From Deltaproteobacteria bacterium (GTDB lineage Bacteria; Myxococcota_A; Polyangia; Fen-1088), in contig JANRKS010000002.1 in the NCBI GenBank assembly GCA_033763315.1, forward strand, positions 480,001 through 544,000: DNA of 64,000 nt. Reading direction: 5' to 3'. Made by a program: the position numbers and the translations under genes. Under the pieces are notes generated by a model that searched no databases, was not told where the DNA came from, and worked only from the letters and a program-made list of their open reading frames with translations. Below are positions 10,052 through 18,150 of this stretch, in pieces; positions within the stretch are counted from its first letter, which is position 1; the number at the start of each line of letters is the position of its first letter.

Positions 10052-10789
10052 ATGAGCGCCGCCCCGAAGTCACAAGAAGCCCCTCACGTTTCGATCGTCA
10101 TTCCCGTTTACAACGAGGAGGGCATCTTGCGCGGCTCAGTGATGGAGCTGCGCGAAATGTTAAAGGCCTTCGGGTTCACTTATGAGCTCATCATCAGCGA
10201 AAATGGCTCGCGTGATCGCACGATCGAGATCGGCAAGGGCCTCGAAGCCGAATACCCCGAAGTGCGCTTCTTGTCGCTTGGCCAACCGAACTATGGCTTG
10301 GCGATGAAGTCGGGCATCGAGAACGCGCGCGGCACCTTCGTGATCTGCGACGAAATCGATTTGCTGGACACGGAATTTTATGCGCGTGCGTTGGCTCTGC
10401 TTGAACGCACGGATACGGATCTCGTTGTGGGCTCGAAGGCCATGGTGGGCTCAAACGATCAGCGGCCGCTGTTCCGTCGTAGCGCCACGTTGGTTTACAA
10501 CGGCATGCTGCGTTTGGTGTGCCAATACAAAGGCACTGATACGCACGGCTTAAAGGCGTTCAAGCGAGAGGCGTTGCTGCCCACCGTGGGCCGCTGCCAG
10601 CTGGACAAAGACGTGTTTGCCAGCGAGTTCGTGATTCGCGCCCACCGCGAAGGCAAGAAGGTGGTTGAGATTCCGTTTGCCGTGCGCGAAAAGCGCCCGC
10701 CTTCAATCCGCTTGCTTAAGCGCGTGCCACACGTGCTCAAGAGCGTGGCGCGCTTGGCGATCACCGTTCGGCAGAACCCCGGCAATTAA
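10052..10789 (+). CDS. Glycosyltransferase family 2 (polyprenol-phosphate glycosyltransferase/DPM1-like)
   Basis: [16 protein letters not shown], variant DxD region (CDEID), [14 protein letters not shown]. Confidence 0.88.
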   Translation: MSAAPKSQEAPHVSIVIPVYNEEGILRGSVMELREMLKAFGFTYELIISENGSRDRTIEIGKGLEAEYPEVRFLSLGQPNYGLAMKSGIENARGTFVICDEIDLLDTEFYARALALLERTDTDLVVGSKAMVGSNDQRPLFRRSATLVYNGMLRLVCQYKGTDTHGLKAFKREALLPTVGRCQLDKDVFASEFVIRAHREGKKVVEIPFAVREKRPPSIRLLKRVPHVLKSVARLAITVRQNPGN

Positions 10790-11514
10790 GGTTTGCCGCG
10801 GCCGAGGGCCTTGCCCTTGCCAGGGTTGCCTTCAACGCCCCGGCCTTTGCCGCCTTCGTCGCTGGTGGTGTTGTTCCCATTGCCGGGGTCGTCATTGGCT
10901 TGGCGTGCGCGCTGCGCGGCCTTTTGCAACGAGCGCTCACTTTTGAAGCCTGATTCAAGCGACGTTGTGGCCTCAACCGTGGTTAGCGCGAAATCCTGGC
11001 GAAGCGCTTCGATGGCTAAGGGCAGTTGCGGCAACGCGCCCGGATCCTTGGCCAGCACCGACTCAACAACCGCCACCGTGGCTTCCGGGGCGTAGCCACG
11101 CAGCTTCAGATCGGCCAGCGATTCGATGGCTTGCGCTTTGTTCGCCTCTTCCTGAGGACCACTAAGCAACCGGCGCAGAGCACTTCGATCCACACTTGCC
11201 AAACTGGCCTCAGCCACACTTTGCAGCAAACGAGCGCTGGGCTTGGCGATACCTTCGGCTTTGGCAAGCGCGCGCGCTTGGCGCAATTGCTCCACCAGCC
11301 GTTCCACAGCCCCGGCAATGGCGGCGGGTGGCACACGCTTGGCCAGGCCTTCGCGCACTTTGTTCACCACAACGTCGGCCGGCAGTTGTTCTTTCGCAAC
11401 CAACGCCATGGTCGTTGTGAGCCGGCTCTGCACACCTGCGAGGCGCGCGTCATCAGGCAAGCCGGCTGCCAACCAGACGCATACAACGACGTGGGTGAAG
11501 GTGGAAGTAAACAT
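10786..11514 (-). CDS. Secreted helical hypothetical protein with Gly/Lys-rich tail
   Basis: Hydrophobic N-terminus, Ala/Leu-rich helical body, C-terminal [16 protein letters not shown]; last gene of the ECF cassette. Confidence 0.7.
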   Translation of the reverse strand: MFTSTFTHVVVCVWLAAGLPDDARLAGVQSRLTTTMALVAKEQLPADVVVNKVREGLAKRVPPAAIAGAVERLVEQLRQARALAKAEGIAKPSARLLQSVAEASLASVDRSALRRLLSGPQEEANKAQAIESLADLKLRGYAPEATVAVVESVLAKDPGALPQLPLAIEALRQDFALTTVEATTSLESGFKSERSLQKAAQRARQANDDPGNGNNTTSDEGGKGRGVEGNPGKGKALGRGKP

Positions 11515-11524
11515 GGGACGCTCT

Positions 11525-12778
11525 TTAGAACGAATGAGGCTTGCGGGAGGATACGCGCTTTGCGGTTTCTTTCTTGAAACATACGCTTTCGGGCACGTTC
11601 AGCTCGCCATCGCGGCCGCCAAACCCATCGGCAACGTAACGCGGCGCTTGGGGTGGGGCCAAAGGCACGTCGTCGACGAGAAAGCGATAGCGCACGGGTC
11701 CACAGGGCGCCTCGTTTAACCAAACCTCCCACACGTCATCGCCACCCGGCAGCTTTTCCATCGGCAGGCCTGGGCCCCAGCCATCGAAGCTACCGATGAG
11801 CTGCGCCTTCCGCGCGGTGTTGAAGCGCAAGCGGAAACGAACGCGCCGGCCCGAGATAACTGGCCGCACATCATCGTCTCCCTCGGCGGAGGTTGTTTTT
11901 GACGCATGGGTTCCGCGCCATGCCAAAGCCAACGTGCCTTCGAAGCGATCCGCGCGTCCTGCCGCTTGCGGTCCCCACTCGCGGGTGAGATCCACCGACG
12001 CGTTCACAGCGAATCCTTGCCCCAGCGTGCGCTCCACGCTGAACACGCCACCCCACTGGCCGGCGGTTTCATTGTTAAGCGTGCGGGCCCCGACGAAGGG
12101 CGCGGCCCACACCAACCACGGCTTGACACCTATCGAGACAAACGGTGCCAAGCGATGCCGTTGCCACAGAGGCTGCGTGGCCACGGGCGTGTTGCCAAGC
12201 CACGCGCTTTGCACGCGGACGCCAGCGCTGAGGTGCGCGCTCAACAGATAGCGCAGAACCAAGCTGGCGTGTGAATAGCCCTGCGTGCGCAGATCATTGC
12301 GGCGCGCCTGCGTGCCGGTATCAACGCGCAGCCGCAGTCGATCGGTCAGCGCCCATGATGCGCCGCCGCGTGGCCCAGTCCCAATGAATTCGTCCGCAGA
12401 GAACTGCGGTGCCATGAACTGCACCACCAACCACGCCACTTCCAATCGGGTGGTGCCGTGTTGCCAGCCAGCGCCAAGTTCAAGCGAATGCCACAGGAGG
12501 TTGCCAAAGTCGTCCGAATAGCGGTGATTGCCATCGTAGCCAGCGAACGCCTCCCAGCCGTGCGACATGAGCCGCAATCCGAGCGCTCCATCTATGCCGG
12601 CAAAATACCCGCGCGCGCCCGCATCGGTTCCCACCGGGTTCACTTCAAGCAAAGCATTGGAATCGTATCCCACGGGGGCGCTCAGGTTGGCCGTGACTTC
12701 GCCGTTCGCCCGTGCGGGCTGCGAGACACACAGGGCGCACGCCGTTATGAAGGCGCGAGATCCGAACCGAAGCGACAT
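11525..12778 (-). CDS. Outer-membrane beta-barrel protein with C-terminal glycogen-binding (CBM48/AMPK-beta-like) domain
   Basis: Signal peptide ending ARA, GYDSN start, alternating amphipathic beta-strands, then IGSFDGW...YRFLVD...DGFGG. Confidence 0.75.
   Translation of the reverse strand: MSLRFGSRAFITACALCVSQPARANGEVTANLSAPVGYDSNALLEVNPVGTDAGARGYFAGIDGALGLRLMSHGWEAFAGYDGNHRYSDDFGNLLWHSLELGAGWQHGTTRLEVAWLVVQFMAPQFSADEFIGTGPRGGASWALTDRLRLRVDTGTQARRNDLRTQGYSHASLVLRYLLSAHLSAGVRVQSAWLGNTPVATQPLWQRHRLAPFVSIGVKPWLVWAAPFVGARTLNNETAGQWGGVFSVERTLGQGFAVNASVDLTREWGPQAAGRADRFEGTLALAWRGTHASKTTSAEGDDDVRPVISGRRVRFRLRFNTARKAQLIGSFDGWGPGLPMEKLPGGDDVWEVWLNEAPCGPVRYRFLVDDVPLAPPQAPRYVADGFGGRDGELNVPESVCFKKETAKRVSSRKPHSF
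11528..11554 (-). promoter_or_regulatory. Putative ECF promoter GTATCC-N16-CGTTC (copy 1)
   Basis: Minus strand GTATCC-tcccgcaagcctcatt-CGTTC, ending 13 nt before ATG 11514. Confidence 0.65.
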
Positions 12779-12826
12779 TGAAGTGATGACGGCAGCATAA
12801 CGCGAGCTCCGTTCACCGCGCGCGCC

Positions 12827-13363
12827 TCACAGACGCAAGACGCTGTTTCGGTTGCCGAATCCATCGGGGCGGGCTTCGGCTGCGGGATCTTCAATCCATT
12901 CCCCGTCGACCAAGAACTTGTAACTGTAGGTTTTGCCTTTGGCCAAAGGCAGGGTGATGGCAAAGACATCGGGCTGCGCAAGCCGCACCAAGGTGGCCCC
13001 ATCGGGATTCCAGTCGTTAAAATCACCGGCCACAGCCACCTGCTGGGCCCCAGCGGCGCGAATCACAAACCGCACCAGCACCTCGCCCTGAGCGTTTTGA
13101 GTGGCCACGAAGGAAGGTGGTGTTGGCGGTCGCCACAACGATGTGGCCGCCGCCGCGAACACGGTAACGGCGCTCAAGGTGCTGACCAACCACAGCGGTG
13201 ACAAACGCAACTCGAACCGGTGTGGTGTGCGCAGCCAGCGCCACAAACGAAACGGCTGTGGCTGTGAAACCGCCTGCATGACCTTGGCCACCAGCTGCGG
13301 CGGCACGGTGACGTCCGCAAGCTGTTTAAGCTCACTCATGTCTTTGGATGGGTCGGGTTTCAT
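12827..13363 (-). CDS. Putative anti-sigma factor with single TM helix and C-terminal CBM48 (AMPK1_CBM-like) domain
   Basis: Overlaps the ECF stop (ATGA); short N-terminal PPQLVAKVM segment, TM helix, then VAVAGDFNDW...YKFLVDGEW..DP...DGFGNRNSV. Confidence 0.8.
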   Translation of the reverse strand: MKPDPSKDMSELKQLADVTVPPQLVAKVMQAVSQPQPFRLWRWLRTPHRFELRLSPLWLVSTLSAVTVFAAAATSLWRPPTPPSFVATQNAQGEVLVRFVIRAAGAQQVAVAGDFNDWNPDGATLVRLAQPDVFAITLPLAKGKTYSYKFLVDGEWIEDPAAEARPDGFGNRNSVLRL

Positions 13364-13968
13364 CGGTTCGCTTCGCTTTCGAGCCAGGCGCGCAGCATGG
13401 CGCGCGCACGCACAACTCTGATTTTCAATGTTGTGATGGGCAACCTAAGAATGCCGCGCATCTCCTCGTAGGAAAGATCCTCTACGTCTTTAAGGATCAA
13501 AGAGGTGCGGTATTTTTCCGGCAAGGTGGCAAGGCCACGCGCCAGCCTTGCCCCCTCCCCGTGCGCGCCAGCGATCTCCTCGGGGCTCGCGCCGGGAGCC
13601 AGGGCCGCCCAGGCAGTTTCGTCATCGGTGAGCGCCACATCCCCGCGGTGTTTTGATTTGAGCAAGTCCTTGGCGCCGTTGACGACGATGCGCAGCAACC
13701 ACACCCGAAAGGCTGCGTCGTGACCACTGCCATCAAAGCGGGGCAGGGCGCCAAAGGCTTGGGTGAAAGCCTGCTGAACCACATCTTCCGCATCTGCGGG
13801 CACGGACAGCATGCGCAAAGCCACCGAATAGGCCAAACGCTGGTATCGCTCGACCAACGGGCGGAAGGCATCCACGTCGCCCCTTACGCAGCGCTGAATC
13901 AACGCCCAATCGTCCGATAACGCGGGGGGCGGTGCTGGGGTTACCAGGATGTGGGCCACAGATGACAA
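13360..13968 (-). CDS. ECF RNA polymerase sigma factor (ECF-A)
   Basis: GDVDAFRPLVERYQ, DAEDVVQQAF, F..WLLRI, region 4 LSYEEMRGILRLPITTLKIRVVRAR; start uncertain (TTG 13968 or GTG 13959). Confidence 0.93.
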   Translation of the reverse strand: MSSVAHILVTPAPPPALSDDWALIQRCVRGDVDAFRPLVERYQRLAYSVALRMLSVPADAEDVVQQAFTQAFGALPRFDGSGHDAAFRVWLLRIVVNGAKDLLKSKHRGDVALTDDETAWAALAPGASPEEIAGAHGEGARLARGLATLPEKYRTSLILKDVEDLSYEEMRGILRLPITTLKIRVVRARAMLRAWLESEANR

Positions 13969-13977
13969 GCCTTCATG

Positions 13978-14004
13978 GAACGAGCCAGCAGGGTTTGTGG
14001 ATAC
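13978..14004 (-). promoter_or_regulatory. Putative ECF promoter GTATCC-N16-CGTTC (copy 2, autoregulatory)
   Basis: Minus strand GTATCC-acaaaccctgctggct-CGTTC, immediately upstream of ECF-A. Confidence 0.65.
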
Positions 14005-14044
14005 ATCCGTGCTTGGGCTACTGGCAGAAAAACACGAATGTTTT

Positions 14045-14071
14045 GTATCCGGTCGGCGGGTCGGGTCGTTC
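14045..14071 (+). promoter_or_regulatory. Putative ECF promoter GTATCC-N16-CGTTC (copy 3)
   Basis: GTATCC-ggtcggcgggtcgggt-CGTTC upstream of the Cys-rich lipoprotein (RBS GGAGG 14121). Confidence 0.65.
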
Positions 14072-14132
14072 TTCAGTTTAACCCGGTGTCGACCGAACCG
14101 GAAAGTCAGCTCAAAACTCCGGAGGAATGCTT

Positions 14133-15080
14133 ATGAAGCGCAATGTCCCAGGCCTTATGCTCGCGGTGGTTGGCCTCGCGGCTGTGTGCGTTTTGCCCAC
14201 AGGCTGCGATGACGACGGCAGCTCGTCCTCTGTAGACGATGGAGGCGCGGGTGCCACCAACGGCGGTGGCGCCACAAACGGTGGCGGCGGCGTCAACGGG
14301 GGCGGTGGCCTGAGCGGTGGCGGCGGCCTCAACGGAGGCGGCGCGGGTGGCCTGGTGATGTCGTGTGTCTCGGGCGTGGCTCAATGTAGCGACGGCGTGG
14401 ACAACGATAAGGACGGCAAAGTCGACATGCTGGATCCCGAATGCGTCGCGCCCTGTGACAACGACGAATCGAGCTTCGCGACAGGCATAGCAGGCGACAA
14501 CATTGACGCTTGCAAGCAAGATTGCTTCTTCGACGGTGATTCAGGGCAGGGCAATGACGGTTGCGAATGGAACCTCAAATGCGACGCCAAAAACCCGGGC
14601 GGCACCTCCTGCCCCTACGACAAGAATTATAAGAATTGCCCCACGGAGCAGTCGGCAAAGTGCGTGAAAAACTGTGGCAGTGTGACCCCGAACGGGTGTG
14701 ATTGTTTTGGCTGCTGTGCTTTTCCAAATGGCAACAAGACGGTCACCGTGACGTTGGTGAAAACCTGCAGCCAGGACAAGTTGGGCGATCCCACGGCCTG
14801 CCCGCCCTGCACGCAGCAAACAGCTTGTGTGAATACCTGTGACAAGTGCGAAGTGTGCATTGGCAAGCCACAGCTAGAAGCCGACTGCACCTCGACCTTG
14901 CCTCCGCCCGATGGCGGCGTACCCGTGCAAGGCGACGCAGGAACACCACCGCCCCCCGCCCCCACGCCAAAGTGTGCTGAAGGCATTATCAGCTGCGGCC
15001 CTGGCGGCCAAGTGGCTGATGGCGCTTGCCCGACGAACACCTATTGTTTGACGGGCTGTTGCATCCGTCCGTTGCTCTAG
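14133..15080 (+). CDS. Cysteine-rich lipoprotein with Gly-rich linker and DxDxDG Ca-binding motifs
   Basis: Lipobox LPTG-C, 30 Cys after the lipidated Cys, [11 protein letters not shown], Pro-rich linker; GGAGG 7 nt before ATG 14133. Confidence 0.85.
   Translation: MKRNVPGLMLAVVGLAAVCVLPTGCDDDGSSSSVDDGGAGATNGGGATNGGGGVNGGGGLSGGGGLNGGGAGGLVMSCVSGVAQCSDGVDNDKDGKVDMLDPECVAPCDNDESSFATGIAGDNIDACKQDCFFDGDSGQGNDGCEWNLKCDAKNPGGTSCPYDKNYKNCPTEQSAKCVKNCGSVTPNGCDCFGCCAFPNGNKTVTVTLVKTCSQDKLGDPTACPPCTQQTACVNTCDKCEVCIGKPQLEADCTSTLPPPDGGVPVQGDAGTPPPPAPTPKCAEGIISCGPGGQVADGACPTNTYCLTGCCIRPLL
14253..14342 (+). repeat. Five degenerate 18-nt in-frame repeats encoding xx(N/S)GGG
   Basis: [30 protein letters not shown]. 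Confidence 0.8.
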
Positions 15081-15100
15081 CCGACCACGTTCGGTCTTTT

Positions 15101-15138
15101 GCACCCGGTTTCGCCTTGGCGGCCGGGTGCTTTTTTTT
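15101..15138 (+). terminator. Rho-independent terminator
   Basis: GCACCCGG...CCGGGTGC hairpin followed by T8. Confidence 0.8.
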
Positions 15139-15165
15139 GAGCAATGGCGGTGGCGGCGAGACACT
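15138..15165 (+). promoter_or_regulatory. Putative ECF promoter TGAGCA-N16-GACACT (copy 1, autoregulatory)
   Basis: TGAGCA-atggcggtggcggcga-GACACT, 9 nt before GTG 15175 of ECF-B. Confidence 0.6.
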
Positions 15166-15174
15166 CTACTGTCA

Positions 15175-15816
15175 GTGAGTTCCGTCTTGCAGGTCCGCCC
15201 TTGGGCGCATGGCTCCCCCCCGTCGCATGGGGAAGGTCATGCCTTGGACGAGGGGCGACTGGTTCAAGGCCTGCAGGCGGGCGAGGCCTGGGCGCGGGCG
15301 GCGCTGGTCGATCTATACGGCGTGCACGTACGGCGTGTGCTTGTGCGCGTGTTGGGGGCAGGCGATGCGGAGGTGGATGATCTGGCGCAAGAGACGATGC
15401 TTGCCGCCTTGCAGGGGGTAAAGCAGCTGCAATCCACCTCAGCCCTTAAGGGCTGGCTTACCAGCATCGCGGTGTTTTCAGCCCGCGGGGCGATTCGCAA
15501 GCGGCAACGGTGGCGTTGGTTGCGCAAAGACGTGGACACCGATTTGGTGGCCGCGCCTTCGGCCAGCGCCGACGTTATGGAGGCCGCGCGCAGCGTTTAC
15601 AAGATCATGGCACAAATGCCGGTCGACGAACGCATCCCATTCGCGTTGCGCATGTTCGAGGGCATGGAGCTACAAGAGTTGGTTGTTGCCTGCGACATGT
15701 CGATGGCGACCCTGCGGCGGCGTTTGGCGTCGGCGCAGGCACGTTTTGATAAATTGGCTGCGCAAAGTGAAGCCTTGCGGCCATGGATCAAGGGAAAGGT
15801 TCGTGGCGATGAGTGA
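15175..15816 (+). CDS. ECF RNA polymerase sigma factor (ECF-B, FecI-like cassette)
   Basis: EVDDLAQET, LKGWLTSIA, ERIPFALR..EGMELQEL...SMATLRRRLASAQARF; start placed at GTG 15175, after the terminator and promoter. Confidence 0.9.
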   Translation: MSSVLQVRPWAHGSPPSHGEGHALDEGRLVQGLQAGEAWARAALVDLYGVHVRRVLVRVLGAGDAEVDDLAQETMLAALQGVKQLQSTSALKGWLTSIAVFSARGAIRKRQRWRWLRKDVDTDLVAAPSASADVMEAARSVYKIMAQMPVDERIPFALRMFEGMELQELVVACDMSMATLRRRLASAQARFDKLAAQSEALRPWIKGKVRGDE

Positions 15817-17026
15817 CAAGCCAACGATGAACTCGTCTGATCTGTGGTCTGCGGTGGCGTCGGCGCAAGAGCCGGTGGTTACAAACCCAGCGGCGTTGGA
15901 GGCCTTGCGCCTATCGGTGATGCACAATCCGCTGCCAAAGCGACGGGTGCCGTTGTGGACGGCGGCCCTGGTGCCGCTGGCTGCGGCGGCCGCATGGCTT
16001 GTGCTCGTGCGTGGTGAGCGCGCGCAGACGTTCCAGGTGGGCCCTGTGACGGGCGCTGTGGGCGTGATGTTGGCCGCCGATGACAAGCCGTTGCCGGTGC
16101 AATTCGCAGATGGCTCCACGGTGATTTTGTCTGCGGGGTCGCGCGGCAAGGTGGCCGAACTTGTGAGCAAAGGCGCGGACGTTGTGCTGACCCAAGGCAG
16201 CTTGGAGGCACACGTCGTTCATGCGGAACACACGCGTTGGGTGTTTCACGCAGGAAGCTTCGCGATCGAGGTGACAGGCACACGTTTTCGCGCCTCATGG
16301 GATCCCACGCGCGGTGCGTTCGAGGTGGCGATGAAAGAAGGCAGCGTGCGCGTGACCGGCGGCGATTTGGGCGAGCCTGTGCGGTTGACGGCTGGCCAAA
16401 CGCTGCGTGTGGACGGCGCTTCGCCTGCGAAGGCGCTCGGCTCGGCTGCCCAAGACAAGGCGGCGCCCATCGCAACGCAAGTGCCCGCGGTTGAGCCACC
16501 CGTGCAACCAGGCGAAGCTGAACCCACGAACGCACGCGGGCCTCGCGCCGCTGTGTCTGACATCCGTTGGCAGGATCTTGCGGCGAAGGGCCGTCACATC
16601 GAAGCCTTGACCTTGGCCAAGCGAGCAGGCTTTGAGCGTTTGCTGCGGCAGTTGCCAGCACCGGAGCTGTTGTTGTTGGCCGATAGCGCTCGCTATGCGC
16701 AACAGGCGCCGCTTGCCGAGCGTGCCTTCACTGTTTTGGTCCAGCGTTTCGCGCAAGCGCCTGAATCGTTGGATGCCGCGTTCGCCTTGGGTCGCCTGGC
16801 CTACACCCAAGAGCGCTGGCAGCAAAGCGCGCAGTGGTTTGAACGCGTGACCCGCAGCGAGGCGCCCGAACCGTTGCAGCAAGCCGCGTGGCAAAGGTTG
16901 ATGGAGAGCCAAGAGCGCGCGGGAGATGTGGCTGGCGCCAAGAAAACGGCAACACGTTATCTGCAAGGCTCGCCACACGGAGTGCACAAGGCAATTGCCG
17001 CGCGCCTCATGCGCATGAAAGACTGA
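15809..17026 (+). CDS. FecR-domain anti-sigma factor with C-terminal TPR domain
   Basis: TM helix, FADGSTVIL, LTQGSL, IEVTGTRF, EGSVRV, LTAGQ (FecR fold), Pro/Ala linker, TPR-like helices. Confidence 0.85.
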   Translation: MSDKPTMNSSDLWSAVASAQEPVVTNPAALEALRLSVMHNPLPKRRVPLWTAALVPLAAAAAWLVLVRGERAQTFQVGPVTGAVGVMLAADDKPLPVQFADGSTVILSAGSRGKVAELVSKGADVVLTQGSLEAHVVHAEHTRWVFHAGSFAIEVTGTRFRASWDPTRGAFEVAMKEGSVRVTGGDLGEPVRLTAGQTLRVDGASPAKALGSAAQDKAAPIATQVPAVEPPVQPGEAEPTNARGPRAAVSDIRWQDLAAKGRHIEALTLAKRAGFERLLRQLPAPELLLLADSARYAQQAPLAERAFTVLVQRFAQAPESLDAAFALGRLAYTQERWQQSAQWFERVTRSEAPEPLQQAAWQRLMESQERAGDVAGAKKTATRYLQGSPHGVHKAIAARLMRMKD

Positions 17027-17031
17027 GGCTT

Positions 17032-18054
17032 GTGCCGCGGTCCCTACTTGCAGCTTGCCTTATCATCTTTGCCATTGCGAACGTTGCCCACGCGAAGACG
17101 GGCACGGTGGCCGTGTTCGCACCCGCGCACGCGAACGCGTGCGGCGGTGCTTTAACCGAAGCCATTCAGGAACTGCGCTCGGCGCGCTTCTTGGTTGAGG
17201 TGGTGCTTGAGAAGCAGGCTCTGCAGACGGCGTCCTCCGCCGCTTTCGATGCGCTGTTGCGCTTCAACGAAGCGGGCGACTCGGTGGCGGTGGTTGATCT
17301 CTCTGTGCAAGACAATCCCGCCGAGCTGGCTACCTTGCGCCTGGACTGCGCCAAGCGTTTGTCGCGCCGCCGTGTGTGGACGATCGTGGTTGAGATGTTG
17401 TGGTCGCGGCCGGATAGAACTGTGGCGCCTGCCGCCGTGGTCAAGGAACCGGCGCCAGCGAATGTTGTTGCCACAACCACCGCGTCACCGGCATCGGCCA
17501 CGCCACCACCTGCATCAAAGCAAGTGGACTTTTCCAAAGCTTCTGTGTTCTTTGGCGCTGCGCCGGTTTACGGCACCAACGCCCTCGTCGTGGAACCCGC
17601 CTGGGACGTGGCACTGCTTGGTGGTTATCGATCGGCTGGGGGCTGGCGAGTGGGCGGGCGCTTGCGTTGGCCCGTGAGTGTGAGCCAACACTCAACCGCG
17701 CAGCAAGACGTGATGCGCCTGTGGACGTTCACCGCGGACGTGGAGACCACGCGCGTGTTTGCGCCGAAGCATTCTTCAGTGCATCCATTCGTCGGAGGGA
17801 CGTGGGGGCTGAGTTTTGCGCTGGTTGATGTAGCTTCTGCCTCGGCTTCACAAGAGCGGCGTTGGGCGGCCTTACACGCGCGCGCTTTAGGTCACCTGGG
17901 CATTGTGGTTTCCGCGGGCAGGTTCGCGCCGTTTTGTCAGCTCGAAGCCGGGGCCGCGCGTCGCTTGCGTTCGGAAGACAATCTTGAAGACATCGAAGGG
18001 CGCGCAAATTCATTTGTCGCTGCCGCTTCCTTAGGCGTGCTGTTCGATTACTGA
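17032..18054 (+). CDS. Secreted protein with C-terminal beta-barrel (probable outer-membrane protein)
   Basis: Signal peptide ending AHA, Pro/Ala/Thr linker, amphipathic strands, aromatic C-terminus LGVLFDY; start estimated. Confidence 0.65.
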   Translation: MPRSLLAACLIIFAIANVAHAKTGTVAVFAPAHANACGGALTEAIQELRSARFLVEVVLEKQALQTASSAAFDALLRFNEAGDSVAVVDLSVQDNPAELATLRLDCAKRLSRRRVWTIVVEMLWSRPDRTVAPAAVVKEPAPANVVATTTASPASATPPPASKQVDFSKASVFFGAAPVYGTNALVVEPAWDVALLGGYRSAGGWRVGGRLRWPVSVSQHSTAQQDVMRLWTFTADVETTRVFAPKHSSVHPFVGGTWGLSFALVDVASASASQERRWAALHARALGHLGIVVSAGRFAPFCQLEAGAARRLRSEDNLEDIEGRANSFVAAASLGVLFDY

Positions 18055-18079
18055 GCAGTTTCACGCAGCCGTTGACACT
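18052..18079 (+). promoter_or_regulatory. Putative ECF promoter TGAGCA-N16-GACACT (copy 2)
   Basis: TGAGCA-gtttcacgcagccgtt-GACACT upstream of the vWA lipoprotein. Confidence 0.6.
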
Positions 18080-18150
18080 TTGGATGTGAGAGCTTGCCGA
18101 GCCGAAAGCCGTCGGCAGCTTTGTTCGTTCACATTCAAGGAGCATGAAGA

